A stretch of DNA of 45,090 bases from an uncultured Candidatus Peribacteria bacterium (GTDB taxonomy: Bacteria > Patescibacteriota > Gracilibacteria > Peribacterales > Peribacteraceae). Positions 42,644 through 45,090 of the stretch are shown here, one piece after another (the first letter of the stretch is position 1; the number at the start of each line of letters is the position of its first letter). A program made the position numbers and the translations under genes. A model generated the notes under the pieces. The model was not told the DNA's origin. It saw nothing but the letters and a program-made list of their open reading frames with translations, and ran no database searches. The stretch lies in NCBI GenBank assembly GCA_964623835.1, contig CAZUVN010000002.1, positions 1-45,090 of the forward strand, written 5' to 3'.

Positions 42644-45090
42644 CTAGCTGCAACCCGAGGTCGCGCCGCAATCCAAACACACTTCACAGCTTCCATTGCG
42701 CTTCATTTTGACGCTGCCGCAGCCGCTGCACATCGATCCGGTGAACCCTTGCTGCTTGGCGATCTCCAGCTTGCTGGGAGAATCCGGCTCGGCAGATTCG
42801 ATAACGTCGGACACGGCCTGCTCGGTCACGGTTGCGGTGGTGCTGAAGAGATCTTCCTGGACGGGCGATCCTTCGTCGATGACCGGCAGACGCATCGCGA
42901 ATGCATCCTTGCTCTTGGACCCTTCACGGTAGGCTTTCTCGACCAAGTCGTGATTGTGGAAACGCATGGCATTGTCCTTTGTCAGGAACTTCAATGCGAG
43001 CCAGCGTCCCATGTAGTCCATCAGCGACTTCACCATCGGAATCTCCTTGTTGCTGGTCATACCCATCGGCTCAAAGCGTGCACCGACCAATTTCTCACAG
43101 AGGATTTCCAGCGGCACGCCATACTGCAGGTTCATGCTGAGGGAGAGTGCCAACGTGTCCATGACACCGGAGAGCGTCGACCCCTCTTTGTTCATCTTGA
43201 TGAAGATTTCACCGGGTGCACCGTCTTCGTACATGCCGACGTGGATGTAGCCCTCATGTCCGGCAATGCTAAACTTGTGAGCAATCGCCATACGTTCGGC
43301 CGGCAGTTTGCGGCGGCGGGGCATCTCTTTGATCACGATCTTTTCGACGATCTTCTCGATTACTTCTTTTGCCGATTCCTCTTTTTCGTCTTTCGTATCG
43401 GACTTGTTGCTGAGCGCCTGGCTCATTTTGGAACCGTCGCGGTAGAGCGCATTGGCCTTGAGTCCCAACTTCCAGCTGAGGAAGTAGGCATTCTTGATGT
43501 CTTCGACCGTCGCTTCATGCGGCAGGTTGATCGTCTTGGAAATAGCACCGGAGATGAACGGCTGCGCGGCAGCCATGACCCGAATATGCCCCTCGGCGGC
43601 AATGAATCGCTGACCGATTTTGCCGCACTTGTTGGCACAATCGAAGACCGCCAAATGTTCGGGCTTCAGATGCGGCGCACCTTCGACGGTCATATGACCG
43701 CAGACGGTGACGTTCGCCTCTTCAATCTGCTCCTTGGTGAAGCCAAGTGCTTTGAGGAGGTTGAAATTCGGATCATTGACCTGCTCGCTCGTGAAGCCGA
43801 GGCGCTTCATCGTTTCATCGCCAAGGACCCACTGGTTGAAAGCGAATCCGAGTTCGAAGACCGCAGGGAGCTGCTTCTCGATTTTAGCAATGTCCTCATC
43901 GGTAAAGCCCTTATCGCGCAGACCCTTCCGGTTGATGTGCGGGACGCCTTCCAAGCTGAGCGTACCCATCACGTAGCGCATGATGTCGCGGACTTCCGTA
44001 TCTTTGTAACGCAGAGCATGCAGAGCAGGCTCAACGGACTGGTTGGCAATTTTCATGTACCCGCCTCCTGCAAGCTTCTTGAACTTCACGAGTGCAAAAT
44101 CCGGTTCGATACCCGTCGTGTCGCAGTCCATCAAGAGACCGATGGTTCCCGTTGGAGCAATGACTGTCACCTGTGCGTTGCGGTAGCCGTGCTCTTCGCC
44201 GATGAGTACCGCGCGATCCCAACACTCTTTAGCGGCCTCAAGCAGGTAACTTGGGGTGACCGATTGATCTAATCCGACCGGCGGCACGTGCAATTCTTCA
44301 TATTCTTTGACCGGCGCATCGTAGGCAGCACGGCGATGGTTGCGAATAACGCGCAGCATGTGGCGGCTGTTTTTGGCATAGCCGGAGAAGGCGCCGAGTG
44401 CTCGAGCCATTTCACCGGATGTCGCATACGACTCGCCAGTCAGCATCGATGTCAGTGCTCCACAGATGGCACGTCCCTGTTCGGAATCGTACGGAATACC
44501 CATGCGCATCAGCATGGCGCCAAGGTTGGCGTAACCGAGACCGAGCGTGCGGAAGGTGTAGCTGAGCTGGGCGATCTCTTTGCTGGGGAACTGCGCCATC
44601 AGCACTGAAATTTCCAGAACGATGGTCCAGAGGCGAGTTGCGTGGAGATATTTCTCGACTTCAAATGTTCCATGCTCGTCATCATAGAATTTGAGCAAGT
44701 TGAGGGATGCAAGGTTGCAGGCGGTGTTATCGAGGAACATATACTCGCTGCACGGGTTGGACGCATTGATGCGGCCATCTTCCGGGCACGTGTGCCAGTC
44801 GTTGATGGTCGTATCGTACTGCAGACCCGGGTCGGCGCATGCCCAGGCAGCGTACCCGATTTGATCCCAGAGCTCGCGCGCCTTGAGCGTCTTGCAAGCT
44901 GCGGGTGCGCGACCTTCTGACTTCGCTTTTTTCCGCTCGGTGCGCCAGATAAGGTTCCAGTCGCTGTCGCGCTCCACTGCCTCGAAGAACTCGTGTGGGA
45001 CGCGGACGGAGTTGTTGGAGTTCTGGCCCGAGACGGTGCTGTACGCATCGCCGTTGAAGTCCGAGCTGTAGCCCGCTTTCACCAGTGCTG
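42644..45090 (-). CDS. nrdJ: Class II (adenosylcobalamin-dependent) ribonucleotide reductase; the 5' end lies outside the window
   Basis: Motifs SGQNSNNSVRVPHEFF, ASNPCSEYMFLDNTACNLASLNL and VTVIAPTGTIGLLMDCDTTGIEPDF, with a C-terminal Cys4 tail CSGCGS...CEVCLDCGATSGCS. The frame stays open upstream of the GTG at 45082 (..ALVKAGY), so the gene continues beyond base 45090. Confidence 0.93.
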   Translation of the reverse strand, partial: ALVKAGYSSDFNGDAYSTVSGQNSNNSVRVPHEFFEAVERDSDWNLIWRTERKKAKSEGRAPAACKTLKARELWDQIGYAAWACADPGLQYDTTINDWHTCPEDGRINASNPCSEYMFLDNTACNLASLNLLKFYDDEHGTFEVEKYLHATRLWTIVLEISVLMAQFPSKEIAQLSYTFRTLGLGYANLGAMLMRMGIPYDSEQGRAICGALTSMLTGESYATSGEMARALGAFSGYAKNSRHMLRVIRNHRRAAYDAPVKEYEELHVPPVGLDQSVTPSYLLEAAKECWDRAVLIGEEHGYRNAQVTVIAPTGTIGLLMDCDTTGIEPDFALVKFKKLAGGGYMKIANQSVEPALHALRYKDTEVRDIMRYVMGTLSLEGVPHINRKGLRDKGFTDEDIAKIEKQLPAVFELGFAFNQWVLGDETMKRLGFTSEQVNDPNFNLLKALGFTKEQIEEANVTVCGHMTVEGAPHLKPEHLAVFDCANKCGKIGQRFIAAEGHIRVMAAAQPFISGAISKTINLPHEATVEDIKNAYFLSWKLGLKANALYRDGSKMSQALSNKSDTKDEKEESAKEVIEKIVEKIVIKEMPRRRKLPAERMAIAHKFSIAGHEGYIHVGMYEDGAPGEIFIKMNKEGSTLSGVMDTLALSLSMNLQYGVPLEILCEKLVGARFEPMGMTSNKEIPMVKSLMDYMGRWLALKFLTKDNAMRFHNHDLVEKAYREGSKSKDAFAMRLPVIDEGSPVQEDLFSTTATVTEQAVSDVIESAEPDSPSKLEIAKQQGFTGSMCSGCGSVKMKRNGSCEVCLDCGATSGCS

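Noticed and set aside
42749-44272. A 507-aa plus-strand ORF. Other long ORFs lie antisense to recognised genes at 5916-6896, 27040-28002, 29970-30668, 33367-34071, 35444-36106, 2984-3526 and 16362-16970.
   Set aside because: Each lies entirely opposite a gene with unmistakable conserved motifs (nrdJ, the lipoprotein, glyQS, tsf, PLD, VirD4-like, PKD protein, ctpA). Their translations are Arg/Leu/His-rich with no motifs, which is typical of shadow ORFs in moderately GC-rich DNA.

Overview
This is a 45.09-kb chromosomal segment that reads cleanly with the standard genetic code (long uninterrupted ORFs, no sign of stop-codon recoding). I count about 40 protein genes and one tRNA (His, GUG). I found no rRNA, CRISPR array, transposase, integrase or recognisable defence system.

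Housekeeping genes: hisS, gyrB, rpsU, glyQS, rpsB-tsf, ychF, a 5'-truncated class II ribonucleotide reductase (nrdJ) and an M24 Xaa-Pro peptidase.

Most other genes encode envelope or surface functions:
- a 3D-domain wall protein
- a T4SS-pilin-like small protein coupled to a PKD-domain protein
- a DUF3160-like lipoprotein coupled to a Memo-CapA fusion
- two different secreted Cys/Asp-rich repeat proteins
- an S41 C-terminal protease and a sortase, both with SLH-like modules
- a PrsW-family protease
- a cluster of four GT-C membrane glycosyltransferases plus a Dpm1-like GT2
- a PLD/cardiolipin-synthase-like protein
- an orphan VirD4/TraD-like ATPase

This gene content resembles a CPR/Patescibacteria-type genome, but that is inference only. 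All functional calls come from motif recognition by eye; no searches were run.

Most interesting observations:
1. An AT-rich island (36883-38328) encodes ten exact 33-aa mTERF-like helical repeats. It abuts the sortase stop codon and sits convergent to the VirD4-like gene.
2. A C/U-rich CCUCC-type element sits where a Shine-Dalgarno would be on many leadered genes. The 9-mer TACCTCCTA, which has the same sense as the 16S rRNA 3' tail, occurs three times in front of rpsB and tsf.
3. Leaderless or near-leaderless transcription units are pervasive, driven by an extended -10 TGCTATA(A/C)T placed 6-14 nt from the start codon. One pair of -10 boxes sits back to back.
4. A Memo-like/CapA-like fusion is translationally coupled to a large lipoprotein.
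5. A four-helix-bundle (23S-IVS-type) gene cassette with flanking inverted repeats is inserted in the glycosylation cluster.
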